Position numbers and translations under genes: made by a program | NCBI GenBank assembly: GCA_000320545.1 | Contig: ADNK01000007.1 | Span: 62,001-126,000, forward strand | DNA length: 64,000 nucleotides | Reading direction: 5' to 3' | Source of the DNA: Bigelowiella natans CCMP2755 | Taxonomy: Eukaryota; Protista; Cercozoa | Notes under the pieces: generated by a model | Databases searched by the model: none | Seen by the model: the letters and a program-made list of their open reading frames with translations, nothing else | What the model was told of the DNA's origin: nothing | Part shown: positions 12,367 through 26,258 of the stretch, piece after piece | How positions within the stretch are numbered: position 1 is the stretch's first letter | How the letters are laid out: every line of letters starts with the position of its first letter

Positions 12367-13900
12367 TGTGTCTTCAATTATAGATACTACCGTTGAATAT
12401 ATCTTTTACAAATATGAGGGGTGCATAACTATATCTTGTTCTTGTTGCGCACGGAATACATCGAGATATAACTCTTCAAGAATTGTCCCAAAGCCATTGG
12501 CACAGAAACTCACTCAACACTCACGCACTCATATCAATCCTTCCGTCTTCCTGCCCAGGATGTAGTTCCGTCGAAGCGTATCTCTTACGAGTCCGTGGAG
12601 TTGAAGCAAGGGAAAGCATTACTTCTCGGAGGTAATAGTAGCAATCACAACCAACACAACATGGACGACGAGAGCAGCTGCAAAGCACCTGAGTCACATT
12701 TCTTTCATTCCTCATCTCTCACTGCCGTCCATGACTAGGCCTCGTCGAGATAGAGATGATATCCGGGAAACCTTTCTACTTTACGCTCTTTATTAGCAAG
12801 GCGATTACAGTAAGTTTGTCGTAATGATAATAATGATGATGATGGTGATGATGATGGTATTGATGATGAATGGTGGATAGTGGGGATCACGACACACAGG
12901 AACAATGGGATTCTATCTCTATCTCTCTCTCTCTCTCTCACTCACTCACTCTCTTGTACGTTGTTGTAGATTATGACTTCACTATGTGTTTTCCTAGGTA
13001 CATCCAACGCGCGCTGATAATGCTGAGAACTATGTCTCGAAGCACGGGGGTCAGTAAATATAAGAGGAGGAGGCGGGATGATGATCATTATACAAAAGAT
13101 TACTACTTTTCGTCGTACATATGTTTGATTCTCCATGTCGCCTTACAAGTCATATCGGAAGGATGAACTACACCACTAAGCGATCATCACAACAAAAATC
13201 CAACTTGATTGCAGGAAAGTTATTGACACCGCCGTTCTCTCAAGAGCGATTCATGGAGCTTAGGCCGTTTAAGGAACATCGATTTCGGTCAGTGTTGTGA
13301 TATGCGGTTTCAGAGAAACCCATGATAGAGCTGGAGCAGAGCAGTTTCAGTTGTGGGGCTTCATTTCCTTATTAGTTATCACCAATATTACTGCCTTCCT
13401 CCTGCTTATTCTTCATATCTCCTCAGGGTGCGGGGCATCGGCTTTACACAGGCCTCAACAGACATCGTACAACCATACAAATAAACGACCTCACCAACCT
13501 CATATACCGTAGACGGCATGATCGTTTCTTCATGTCATACTGTTCTCGATGTCGTATTTAGGTTCTATCTGGCCTTGGTTGGGTGTCGGTCACCGGCAGT
13601 GGGCCGTGCGAGATTAAGGTTGCAGCATACCGATCATACTGTTCATGGGCAATAATATTTGAGTAGACATGCACTCACGTATACGCACACGTAAACAGCA
13701 GAAGAAGAGGGGATGGGAGCAGGGGAGGGGAAAGTTAGAAAACACTGTACTCTCAGATCTTTGCTCACATAGAGATGTTATCTTTGTGCTAGGTGTCTGG
13801 CCCGGAAGGGATGGCCATATTCACCCGGGAACCTCTCATGCCGAACGAATTCAAGAGGGGAAAAGCGTCGAAGTTCACCGGGAAGCGCTTCACCAGATAG
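7313..13900 (+). CDS. YqeH/NOA1/BPG2-type circularly permuted GTPase, probably plastid-targeted; multi-exon
   Basis: Spliced product has Zn-finger CGGCG (exon 8424-8492) and CQRCH, then VVDLFDFHGT, G4 NK|VD, G5 SSMKG, G1 GAANVG|KS, G2 PGTT, G3 DTPG (the G4-G5-G1-G2-G3 order), and C-terminal DIVLSGLGWVSV; stop TAG at 13900. Leader MGPLIGPLLAGMVLAIP...RRRQQMRLPIRC requires an intron at 7502-7606. Confidence 0.92.
12256..12371. repeat. Compound intronic microsatellite (GT)n-(CT)n-(AT)n-(GT)n starting at the 5' splice site
   Basis: Read directly; the donor GT after GAG (12255) is the first unit of the (GT)n tract. Representative of dozens of intronic SSRs (CA, TC, CAT, TAG, GAG, AAT) in the window. 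Confidence 0.95.
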
Positions 13901-14568
13901 ATAAAATCGTCACGGATGATACGCCATGAAAGCACGATATTACGCTGTCATCGCGTGTATGGCATAAGAAACGCCGACTACTGCGACGAGAGTATCTAGA
14001 TGTACAGCGTTACGCGAGCATGTAAAACAGTTCTTTAAGCTTGACCGCAAACGTGTTTGCACCTGCATTCGATCGCTACTTGCACGCAACCATGTTTGCA
14101 CTACTTGCCGCGCATTGTTTGCAGAGTAGGCACGAATCTAGGTATATCTACATTCAATCACAGCCAGACTGCTGATAACATTGAGCCCGCTATGGAGCAG
14201 GGCTTCTAGAGCATAGTTAAATGCATAACAAGTTTCATTCAGCGCCGCAGCAATTTTTCGTGCAAGTTGCATAGCATCTGCTAGTGCACACAAAGATGGG
14301 CCAGTGCGAGAAATCGTCTAATGCTTCATACAGATCCATGTACAGCTACATAAGGATGACTATTGAACAAAGTTAATTGATTAATTACATCCGTCTTATG
14401 TACAGAAGTAGCCTTATCTAATGTCGAAATAAGTTACTGTACAGCTTCAAATAAGAGCTACTCTACTTTGGCATATGCATTCTATGTCTCTTACTTATGG
14501 TACTACTGCTATGGTCGAGACTTAAGCGGAAGAAGAAGCCAGTGTGCCCTTCATCGTGCCTTTGATGA

Positions 14569-16897
14569 CTAACCCTTGTACCCACCTTCTCCTCCTCTTT
14601 GGCGGTGGATTGTTTGAGATGATGATGAACTAGTCGTCGACTCTATGCGCTCCAGCCTTCGGTCCATATTTTTCAGCTTCACTTCGACAGAAGAGAATCG
14701 TCGATGAAGCTGCATAAACCTTTCCTCCATACGTTGATACACTATTTCGATACCATTTAGCAGCATGAAGATGTTTCCCTTTTTCCTTCCTGTAGTGTCG
14801 GAAGAGAAGATGCTTCTTGTTACACAGCTGCTGTTGCGGTGTTGCTGTTGTTGTTGTTGCTGCTGCTGCTGGCAATGACCACTGTAGGCTTTTCTCTCTC
14901 CTTCTCCTCCATCATCGTCATCAACGTCCTTATCGTCTTCTTGATCACCATCAAAGCCATTGGAGTCGTCTGCCAGGCGTTGGTGGTGATGGCTATCGTG
15001 CCACTCCGCCTTCTCCTTCTCGCCAATGCTTTCCCCATTGCCATTCAGAAAATTAGAACTCGAAGGGACAAGATGAGAAGGAAAAGGAGATGGGTCTTGA
15101 TAATCATCACTCTTCTCCTTCTTGACAGTTGCTGCGGGAAATGCAGTTGCAGAGTTCGTGGAAGAATAGGAGGAAGACTCAGTTGCACTAGTATCGACCT
15201 CGTCTTCGTCGTCGTCCTCCTCCTCCTCCTCCTCGTCTTTCTTCTTCTTTATCTCTTTCTTCTCCTCCTCCTCCTCCTTCTCTAGGGCCTAAGCATAGAG
15301 TAGGGAGATACAGTAGGGGTGGGGATTTCTTAGGATGTGCAAGATACAAATTAATTCTCTTCGCGAGCTTTCATAGAAATTCCTAAATGTGTTTTCGTTT
15401 GAAGATAAAACCTTAAATTGTTTTCTCACCTCCAGCGCCTCTAACATGGGGGGATTTGTAGGCGGGGCCTGTGTAGCAAGAATTATGCAACCCTGATGTG
15501 AGCAGTAGCGTGAAAACATCGCGCGCACATTCACCTCTCCTCTTTCTTGTGTGTTAATTAGACATAACAATGTTACCTGAGAAGGCCGGTGACTGTTGAA
15601 ACTACTAGATTGACTGTTCGTTTGTCGTTGATAATCTTGCTGCTGGTGGTGCGTATTTACTCGCGATGTGCCCGTCATGAACGCCTGGGCCCCCTTCTTC
15701 GTAATCGTCGTCGCCATTGAGGCCGAATGCTGATTTCCATCCGGAGCTTTCGATTCTGTTTCGTCTTTTTGGGTCTTCCGGTCTGTCGTAATCTCTCCCT
15801 TCTCATCTTGCTCGGTCAAGTGACTCGCGTTTGTCGATGAGATGAAAGCAATTTTCTGATCTCTAAATCCTCTTTCTCTCCCTCTTCGCTCCTTCCTTCC
15901 TCGACCCGCACCAGTTCCCTGTTGATGCAGATGCTGGGAGTAAAAACCAGATGTCCTCCTCATTTGCGGGGTTGAAATAGATCTTGACAACACTGGCCTG
16001 TGGAGTCTATTGGTTTGAGTATTTGTGTTAACGCTTGTATGACTGGAAGAAGAAGTAGAAGAAGAAAGGGGTGGCATGGAAGGAAGAGGTCTATTTGAAT
16101 TGCGTGGGCCAATGCGTGGGCTGGGTCTCAATCTCTTGCTGCTAGCATCTGATCTATATGGCGTGGTATGCGAGAGAGAATTCGGCTCTTTGGGCAACAT
16201 CATCATTTGTTTTTCCACGCTTCGCTGTGGATGTGGATGGGGAGCATAAGCGTTGAGATTCTGATCATTGTTGACACCCCTGCTTGTATCCTGATCACCA
16301 TTGGCATCTCTTCTGTCCCTATTCTGATGATTGAATTGGTGGTGGGAATGGTGAAGATTCTCATCCCATCGGTGCCGTCTTTTCGTTCGATTGGCTTGGA
16401 TATCGTTGTTGTTGTTGTTGTCTCGGCTGTGTCGTCTATGACGTTCTATCGACAAATTCGTTCTCCTTCTGTTATTTCTTCTATTTACTGAAGTTTCTGG
16501 TGTACTTTGCGAACGTTCTAATGCTGTGGGTTTAATATTCGCGCTGAATATGCCCATCTGAGTATCTGGACGGGTCGAAGGAGCTGGAAATACACAGTAG
16601 AGAACGATGCATGTGAGCTCAAACAGGAATATATTTAACGTTTCGATTCACTACCTTTCGGACTGTTCTTCTTTTTCCGCCGTTTTCTTTTCCTTTTGTT
16701 TGTTCTCCTTGGAAAGAATGATCCTCTGGTAGAAAGAGTAATTAGGGGAGCGGTATCTCTCTTCAAAATGATCATAATGTGTGAAATCCAGGTTACCTGT
16801 GATTATCAAACGCACATTGCCTTCGATCCCACTTTCTATTTGGGAAAGATGACCCTAGAGTGCTGTATCTATCGCCCTTGTCCGCAGATGAGGACAT
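14569..16897 (-). CDS. Low-complexity, probably nuclear protein with a C-terminal coiled coil
   Basis: Spliced MSSSADKGDRY...|GSFFPRRTNKRKRKRRKKKNSPK (NLS-like)|APSTRPDTQMGIF joins ORF 15289-16557 in frame. Later exons give an acidic E/D tract, polyQ and RMEERFMQLHRRFSSVEVKLKNMDRRLERIE (ORF 14569-14766). Confidence 0.7.
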
Positions 16898-17786
16898 AGG
16901 TCTAAAGCAGCGGAAATGGGGGACTGCGATGGGCCATCATCATTCGGGTTGTTGGTAAGACATATGAGTGCTCCATTCGAAGGTTAGAATCTCTGTCCCT
17001 TCTTCTCTCCGAAGACGGCTCAGGAAGATGAGTCATCAGGTTCAAGTAATAATTATTTAGGTGTTTTTTCGATGATTTACGTTAGAAAATTCGAATGATA
17101 ACAGAAAGACTCTCGACGCTCACCCAAATTTCAAAAATCCTGCGGACAGATGGTAAATAGATTGGCTGCAACTCACCACAAGTTTTTTTCCAGCTTTGCT
17201 TTTTTTCCTGGAAAGCTGGTGGTGCCCAGGAGAAGGCCTCGGGATTCTCTGGAAAACTCAGAGAAGAGAGCACCAGGCTGCGTAGTTGCCAAAATATTTC
17301 AGATTCAATGAACAGCTTTTCTAAAAGATAAACGCATTGTATCCTAAGTAAACTTACAATAAATATTAACCTAAATGCCTGTCGTAATTCATAAATCTCA
17401 TGTTCCCCGATGAATTATCGCAGAACATGTAGTTGAATCTTTCATACCGAGCACCTCCTTTTGAGGGCAGATGATCTACATTTTGCACTGAAGACATAAG
17501 GAGCTGCAAGCCGTCCCGAGCTAAATCCCGTATATGCGGGCAGAACATGAGGAAATATCTTACAAAAGTACTCCTAAAATGGCTTCGGAATCCCACAATT
17601 TGCCGAATTCCAGATGAGCCAACATGCTTTATTCTGGATAAAAAAATATCGGAATAACATCAATACCCATATCAACCTCTTCTTGCGCAAAACCTATCCT
17701 TTGGGCCACAACCTCAGAACTGCTCACCTTCCCTCACGCACACCCTCACCCCGAAACAGAGGCAATTGTAGGGGGGAAAGCGAAAG

Positions 17787-20700
17787 ATGAAGGTCTCTGC
17801 CTCCCAGCCTGCCCTAGACAGACTATCTATCCGATTCAACAAACGCGGACATAGAGATACCAAGGGGTAAAACTGACTATGGACGATTTGCATGAAGCTT
17901 TGTTTTTTATGCTTTGAGTTTTTCTTCGGGTGCGATAAGGAGATATATTCGAATGCCTGTTCCTGACCATTGCGCTGCTGCGTCTACGTGACAAATAAAC
18001 AGGAAGATGCGGGTCGTCCGGAGTGAGAACGATATTAAACAAATTCGCAACCCAATGAAGAATATTATGATGCGGGTGCCAATGTACGCCATCCACGGAA
18101 TGAACATGCGAGCGATATCAAGGATAGAATCCAGGGTAATAAATCCAAAATTGTGTACTTTTGCCCTCATCCTTCGGAGCTATCTGCAATTTGAGCAATG
18201 CATAATGTGTACTCTGTGGCGAAATCACAAATGACGTATCATAATGTAATTCCGCAACATCAATAACTAGGGAAGCATGGGTAGCGGAATAAGCCAACAG
18301 GACTTCAGTGAAACTGTGACGACGGAAGCGGATATGCTAATAGAGAAAACTATCAAACGGCAGCATTGCACACCTGTGTTGTCCGTCGTAGTCATTTCAG
18401 TGCTCATGGGGGCAATCAACTTTGGGTCATTCTCAGCACCGCAACATTTGCTTATGCCATCTGCAAACCTGTCAAACACTAATAGTTGCATAGCCAAATT
18501 TAATCCATAAGATGATAGAGGCTGACAAAAAAACTGACCACCTTGTGAGGAACTGTCAAAACGGGGCGTGTAGCCACGAGACATTTTACAAACTGTACTT
18601 TCCGGAAAGCGACTCTTTTATGCTGGCGGACTCAATCATAAATTTATTTCTTTTATCTCAGCCGTCTCTTCTTCTCCATTTGACATAAGAAAGTGGTCAT
18701 AATTATTTTCAGGTATAACACTTCTGTATTGAACACGCCTGAGTTCGTTATTCGGACTTCTTTGGACTCGGAGGGCGGTTATGTGGACGATTTCTCATGG
18801 GCTATCATCGTATCGATATTCTGCATGGGCGGTCAGTGGGAAGAACAAGGGAATGGAATAAATATTGGAGGGAGGGAAAGACCAATACATCTTCTTGTTA
18901 TTAGCAGTTTTGATTGAAAATGAGCATAGAATCGCATGCTTTTCACATGTTTGATATTGCGATGATATTCAAGTGGTGTGATTGGTATTGACGACACCAT
19001 TTTTCTTTCACTTTCACTCTCTTCATAGGTTTGATAGGCTCTACGCTTGCACCGCCCATCCTGGACACCGTGGGCCGCAAAACCTTCATGTATTATTACA
19101 GCCAGTATCCACCATTTCTGTTTATAATTATTATTATTGTTTTTTTCATCATCATTGAATATCATTATTTATCCGCTTTCGTACCATAATTTTTGCTTAC
19201 ATATTTATATTTGGGTGATCTGGTCTCGAATACATATCAGGTTTTTCAACGGTGTATTCCTCACAGTCTGTCTCATCTTCCAGGTCGTAGCAATAGATAC
19301 AAATTTGCTTATCACTCAAGAGTGACCATCTTCATCTTCCCTAAGAACGTTTACACAGCAGCATTTAGTTTTATCGTGTTTTCTCCTTCCTTCCTCTCTC
19401 CGATCCATAGGCTTGTTCAATGTCTGTGATGTGGCTGGTTATGGCGCGGCTCATGATAGGCGTCAGTTGTGGAGGTAGTACACCTCCTCGCGGAACATGA
19501 GACCACATTAGAAGCGAACGTATTGTTGATCTACGTGCGTATCGGCTCTTTGTCTTTATCTTCCCCTCTATTTAATTTCGTATAGATGTCAGCAAAATCC
19601 CTTAAATTTACTCCTTCCACCCTGCCCCCCCCCCCCCCTCTCTCTTTCCATATTCTCAAGGTAACACTGTAGCTGTGCCCCTGTACCTTGGGGAGATAGC
19701 CCCCGTCAATTTGAGGGGAATGCTTGGGACTCTCAACCAGTTTGCAATGGTCATGCAGATAGAGTATATTCATTCCTTTTCATTGTTTTTGCGCTCCTGC
19801 TACTCAAGGAAGCAGCTGCAAGAACATCGATGCATTATTTCTCAATGGCATGGCTTCAGGAACGAGGCCATGCCGGAACAAATCCGTCGGTGTTTTTTGG
19901 CAAGAATGCATGGTTTCCATTCCCCAATAACACACTTGTGAAAGTATATGTACAAACAATGAATACGTGTAATTGTGTGTGTGTGTGTGTATGAAGGAGT
20001 TGGAAATATATACACATCCCATCCCATCCCCCCCTTTGTCGGGGTAGTTTTATGGTTTCTTATCCTTCCCAAACTTTCTCCTGTAGGTGGTTGGAATTCT
20101 TCTGGCGCAAGTCCTTGGTAGTATTTTCTTCCCACTCGAATGGGAAATCGTTGCAGTTGTTAGGCCAGTATTCTTAAGTGGAACTACTATTACAAAATCA
20201 GGAAAGCCTCTCGGAAGTGATCCAGAATGGCGCTATCTTCTTGCTATAGGAGCGATCTTCAGCTCTGCACAAGTAGGGATGCATGATGGATGACTGCGAT
20301 GATAATGATGATGATGATGATAATGATAGCATTGTGAATGATATCATGACACTCCTCTCGCTAGTATACTGCATTGCTGGTGAAGAAAGTCCATCCGTCG
20401 TCTTCTTTGATTAGTTTTGTCGTCATTTAATTCGTCGTTGATTGCCGTCAGGTTTGCCTCAGTGTTTGCGTCCCGGAGTCACCTCGCTGGCTCGTTATGA
20501 ACAATCGCATTCCAGAGGTGTTATAACTGCTATCACTACTACTACTTCTTAGAATGGTGTGCTGATTCCTTATTCTTCATGCTGTTGATGATTGATTAGG
20601 CTGAGAAGACGTTAGAGCTTCTTCGTGGAACCGATGAAGACGCGAAGAAGTATATTGAGGTAAGCAATGATACCCTCCCCCTCTTTTACACACAAGAAAT

Positions 20701-20961
20701 AAAGGGCACACGGCACACACCCAACAGGGACGGAGGGAGAGAGAAAGAGGGCGAATTGAGCCTTTGTCACCATATCCCCATGCAGTCACAATCGTCATCA
20801 TCATCATTATCATTATTGCCCATCACCATAATCATCATCATCATCATCATCATCATGATATCTACACCAAATCATATGCCTCCTTCACCTCCAAATCACT
20901 GCCCCCACCGGTCAGATTGAGGTAGAGTCGATGCTAGAGCTCGCTGAGGAGGAAAAACAGG

Positions 20962-20993
<32 letters not shown>

Positions 20994-21558
20994 GCGATGG
21001 TCGTTATTCACCAGGGGTCATGATCGCTCTAGTAATGCTAACATCATCATAACAAGCGTATGTATGTTGCGATGAAATAGGAAATGTCGGTCACGAGTCT
21101 CGTTCGTAAGCCGGTTGGTCAGATAAGATAGAAAATAAATGAAGAACAAGGAGAAGAAGAAGAAGAAGATGATGATGATGAAGAAGATGATGATATTCAC
21201 CCCCCTTATAAATCAATATATCTATCTATGTATGTATGACCAGCGCACAAATGCTGCTGTACACCCAATGAGGACAACAGACAAATCCTTGCTGCATGTG
21301 CATGGAACTACTACTAATACTACTGCTACTACGACTATTACTACAATACTACTCAGACCCTGCGCTTTCCTTTCATGGTTGGCGTGGCTCTCCAGGTAGT
21401 AGTAGTTGTTGTTGTTTGGGTAAAAATAGGGTGTGAACCAGGATTATTTCACGTTCAGCGTATGAGTATATTATGAAAACATTATAAAAATAACATCTAT
21501 TCCAAAGATAATGGTTTGATGATGCCCCTTTTCTGGCTTTGTTTCTCTCCCCTCCCCG

Positions 21559-21604
<46 letters not shown>

Positions 21605-23095
21605 GCTCTTCCAGCAGTGGAGCGGCATAAATGCCGTATTCTACTATTCGACAGGTTGTGACCTGATGAGAGGAAGATAAGATATATACATTATGGTGAA
21701 GCACGATTGATAATCCGCACAACGCAAACGGCTGTGTTGATGCCAACGAGGCAGAAAGGCAGGTGATATAGTAGATACTCTGTGCACAGGTTTTTTCGCC
21801 AGCGCCAAATTTGCTGACCCGTATCTTGGAACGGTTCTCTGCGGATTCGGTACTAATAAGAGCGAAGTTATTTTTGCAATCGATGATCTATGTATGGAGG
21901 AGAATGCGCCATATATTGCAACGTCGCAATCACTCGCAGCTGGGGATTATTTCCTCTTTAATCGTTGGTTGTATCGGCAGTGAACGTGCTTGCGACTGGG
22001 TTTGCTGTGGAGTTGATGGACAGAGCGGGCAGAAAAGCGTTGCTGACATTATCCGCATTGGGGATGACCCTCTCTTCGATTCTGCTTACGTTCTCCCTCG
22101 TCGCCTCGAACGAATTTGCCGTGGAGCTGGGGTATTATTTGCACTACTACTAGTAGCACTAGTAGTAGAAGTAGTGGTACTACAGGTGAAAGTGAAAGTG
22201 GTGATATCAATCGCAGCTACTATGTGATGTATGTGTTGATCTATTTCTATTGGCCTCTCATCGCAATCGAACGAGGGTTTGTGTTCTAATTCTGAACCTC
22301 TTCCAACCCCCTCCTACTATGATTGCTTCAGATACATCGAGGTGATGGGAGTGTTGTCATACGTGGCTTTCTTTGAATTCGGCCTTGGTCCTATACCGTG
22401 GGCAATAACTGCCGAGCTCTTCGGTGCTGTGGAGCGAGCGACAGCGATGGGTGCATGTTCTGCCGTGAATTGGATTGCTAACTTCATCGTCGGTCTGACC
22501 TTCCCTGCAATGAACGGAGCGCTCGGAAGCTATACTTTCCTCCCTTTCGCGCTGGTGATGAGGGAGAAATATAAGGGGAGAGACAGAGAAAGAGGGGGGG
22601 GGAGGAGGTTGAGGGGCCGGAGAGTGGGAGGGTACAGGGTATTGAGGAATAAAAAGTGATAAAGAAATAGTATTATTTATCACTACAGCAGTACTGAATT
22701 GTGAATGTATTTGCCCTCTCTTTTTCGTCTTCTTTCTCCCCATTAATCAATCAACCAATCTACCTGATAATTTACAAATTCGTGGTTTTCTGCCTGCATG
22801 GGTGAACGTGGTTAGGTAACATTCTTCGCCATGCTGTTCTCCATATGGTATGTGCCTGAGACAAAGGGCAAGACGCTGGCGGAGATTCGGGTGCTGCTAA
22901 GCTAAAGCTGCTTAATCATTGTCTTGCATATGCCGCATGCGTATGAAAGCACCGACAGTTCTCATGCTTTTGAACTATATGTTGTGCTAGGAATCTATGC
23001 AAGCGAAGAAAGATGATACTGTCACCAAGGATAAAGAGCCGCTAATGAAAGAGATGTCCAGTGATTTGAAATCAATGGAGGATGGCGTGTACTAA
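17787..23095 (+). CDS. MFS sugar porter (GLUT/SLC2A-like hexose transporter); multi-exon
   Basis: Motifs GYNTSVLN, DTVGRK, VPLYLGEIAPVNLRGMLGTLNQF, PESPRWL, QQWSGINAVFYYS, MDRAGRK, FFEFGLGPIPWAITAELF, PETKGKT; stop TAA at 23095. Start 17787 is inferred from two phase-consistent upstream exons; alternative start 18277. Confidence 0.93.
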
Positions 23096-23370
23096 TTAAG
23101 TCGCTCGTGAGAAATAGCTACCACTACTGACTTCGCGCGTACATTAAACAGCAATTACTATCAATCCATCTGAAGAGTTACCTTCTATTGCGCTCTTCAG
23201 AATCTAAAAATGCGTCAATCTTGAGGTATTTCGCGCGGCGTAGCGCCAAAAAGATTTTCCTCGTAATGATTCTAGGATTTACAGTGCTAGACTGCATAAC
23301 GACACGCATGCAGTCACAATGTGATGTTGCCACACCATATTCTATCCTCTCTATGGCCTGGCTGCAGATA

Positions 23371-23545
23371 TAGATTTATCGAGCGCAAGACTTGGGCATT
23401 GCGCTGCTTAGCTGCGTTATGCATTGCTTGTATGTTGCAACATCACATCATGCAAATTCTGACTGCATGCGTGTTAGATTTATCGAGCGAAAGACTTCAT
23501 AACAGTGCGCTGCTTAGCTGCGTTATGCATTGTTTGTGTCCAACT
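23371..23545. repeat. Imperfect direct repeat of about 60-70 bp, two copies
   Basis: TAGATTTATCGAGCG.AAGACTT...TGCGCTGCTTAGCTGCGTTATGCATTG.TTGT at 23371 and 23475. Confidence 0.85.
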
Positions 23546-24231
23546 ATGGACACAGTACATGTAATATATACAATATATATGACATATACGCATGTCTATA
23601 TAATACATGTAATATGTATAATATATACGTATGTCTATTGTTCCAGCCTTCTACAGTGAATATCAAAACACGCCCCATGCTAGGTAGCTAGCTAGCATGT
23701 AAACATCCTTGCATGCATGCTGTCTAGCTGTGTGCGACCATGAACAGCACTTGCTAGCTTGCCCGATACCATTAAAGCATGTTCTGGAATTATTTCAGAT
23801 AGCGAAGCACACTCGCCCCTTGACTAGCGAGTACGTACGTTCACACCCACGCAACCTTCGGTGAATATGAATGAACAGCCATTTAATATGTTCACAACTT
23901 TTTATTTAGGCCTACGATAGCCTTCGTCTTACGTCATAAATCTACTACCTAAAGCTGCATAGTTACAGATTAGTTTATAAACGAGCAACAGACACAATGT
24001 ACGTAGGTCGTTGCCACTGTTATTTATCTTCTAGTTGGAGCAACTTCACGTTTTCCTCCGTGAGCCACTTGCCCCTCTTTTCGTCATCGCGGACATTCTG
24101 TATTCATTCACCAGCAAAACATACGAGAAGTGCGGGAAAGTAATTAGTATCATCACCTGCTTTTCACCGGAGGGATATAGATTGATTCGTGAACGAGCGA
24201 CAGATTGTATTCATTTAGGGACATATCATTA

Positions 24232-26258
24232 TCACTCAACACCAATCACCCTCCTCCCTCTCTCGGCTAGCCTCTCTCCCAACACCACACCACTTCTGAC
24301 AAGGATAACCTTGATATCTCCATTCGCCTCAAGCTCGAAATCCAATATCATAGGGTCATATTGGTAGCTCTTTCCGGAGGGAGGGTCCATACCGAGTATT
24401 CGGCTCTCATAGGGGGCGGAGTGGAAGAAGTACTCGAGCTCATACAACGCGTTCTTATTGTAGATCACCGCAGGATCCGTCTTGAAATTGTGGAATGCGA
24501 TTGGGTAGTTCGAGCAGCAATTCTGCTTCACCTAGTATGAAGTATAATATTAACAAAAAGAAGAAATGTTAGAATCTCATGAGGTTACGATAGTCGTTGC
24601 TGAAACTAAATTCCTCGTATCTAGTGCGTGCTGAAAACCATCAATGTAATACGCCTAGATTTTGTCGTAACTCAAGCGAGGGAGAAGACGTGATGAGCCA
24701 GTGCAGCAGCAACGAGGAAAGTACAGCAGCAATGGGGTAGAGAGGGAGGGGAGGGGAGGGTGTAGAACGACCTGTTTCTGGCCTATAGCACCCTTATAAT
24801 GCCAGAACCAGTCATGCGGGTCGCTTTTATACTCTATGTTGAATAGATGATCTCGCGGCCGGAAAGGCAAGAAGCGTTGGCGGCCGTTTCTATCGAGAGA
24901 GTCGGTGGGAACTATGTTTAGGTCACGCAAGCAGCCTCCCGTCTGAGGGTCCTCTCCTGCACCCGCCCGATCGGCGCATTGCGTACCACCGCACTTGTAG
25001 CACACCTTGGGAATGTTTTGGAGCCGGATCGATAGCCTCCTCACGGCCTCACGGGAGAGCACGTAGCATGTTCCCGAGTTATAAATGAGATTCTGACGCC
25101 AGCGGTGGAAGAGTGTGTGACCTACGTACCTGCGAGCGGTAGCAATAAAAGTAGTAGTAGTAGTAGTAGTAGTAGTAGCAGTAGCATGAATGGAAAAGTT
25201 AGAGGGAACCGACAAGTGGGGCAAATGGGAGGAGGAGGAGGAGGAGGAGAAGGCGATGGAGTTGTGGAGGAAGAGGAGAATAATAATACAAGCACACCAC
25301 GTTTGAAAGTAGCAGGATACATAAAAGAGTACAAAAGCATCTCGCACGTACAAACTAGATACAGTTGCAAATCAATTACCATGGCTGGTCTGGGTCAAGG
25401 TAGGAGCCGAAGACACGCATGTTCTCAGCGATGAAGAACGAGTCGAAATCCACCTTGGCAATGTAGTCAAATTTGTCTAAATACTCCTCTCCAGCCAATT
25501 TCCACGCACGCCACATCTTCTCCCAAATGTTCCTCGACTTAGGGTCGTCGTCGCGCGTCATAGGGACTCCCATTATTAACTCGCCAGTGCGCATGCGCTC
25601 TGGAAGCCACGGCAGATCGCTCGCTGGGTGCTCGGCTAGCGCGTTTGCAGACACGACGAAACGCAACACTTCTACGTGACTTCCCCACGTTTTCAGAATT
25701 GCGTGATACTGCTCCTCGACGCGGGGGTTATGCTTGGGAGGCCAACTAATTGGTACCATGGCCATTAGTCGTGGTTTCCATTTAGACGGGTGAAACTTGG
25801 TGGTGATGGTGGAGCTGCTGCTGCTGCTGACCCCCCCATCATCACTGCTGGGAAGATTATCGTGATGGTGCTTTGGCGGGGAGACTGAAATAATATTTTC
25901 TTCAACCGCTGCTGGTTTGTTTTGTCCCTTGTCGTACTGCTTTCCCTGCTGCTGATATTGGTCCTTGGAGAGTTCAGAATCAGAAATTGGGACTAATCCC
26001 GGAATCTGCAATTTATCAAACGAACGCAATCAGTTAAAAATCAGTGAAATAAAGGCCCATAAATTAGAAAATTCACATTTACAACACGAAATACAGCAAG
26101 GCTTCATTAGTAGGCAACGGGACCATATGCGATGATGCGTAGTAGTGGCCAGAATCGGCTCCCAGGCGCTCATGTGCCCAGAAATTGAAGCAGAGGTAAA
26201 CGACTGCTATTGCACAAAGAAGAGCACACGAAGTGTCTACATCCCGAGAGTTCATCAT
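24232..26258 (-). CDS. GT31 family C1GalT1-like beta-1,3-galactosyltransferase (type II membrane); 4 exons
   Basis: Exons 26258-26124 (TM anchor CALLCAIAVVYLCFNFW), 26005-25380, 25129-24772, 24531-24232. Motifs ILKTWG, FDYIAKVDFDSFFIAENMR (DxD), YNSGTCYVLSREA, GEDPQTGGCL, DRNGRQRFLPF, CCSNYPIAFH. Confidence 0.88.
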
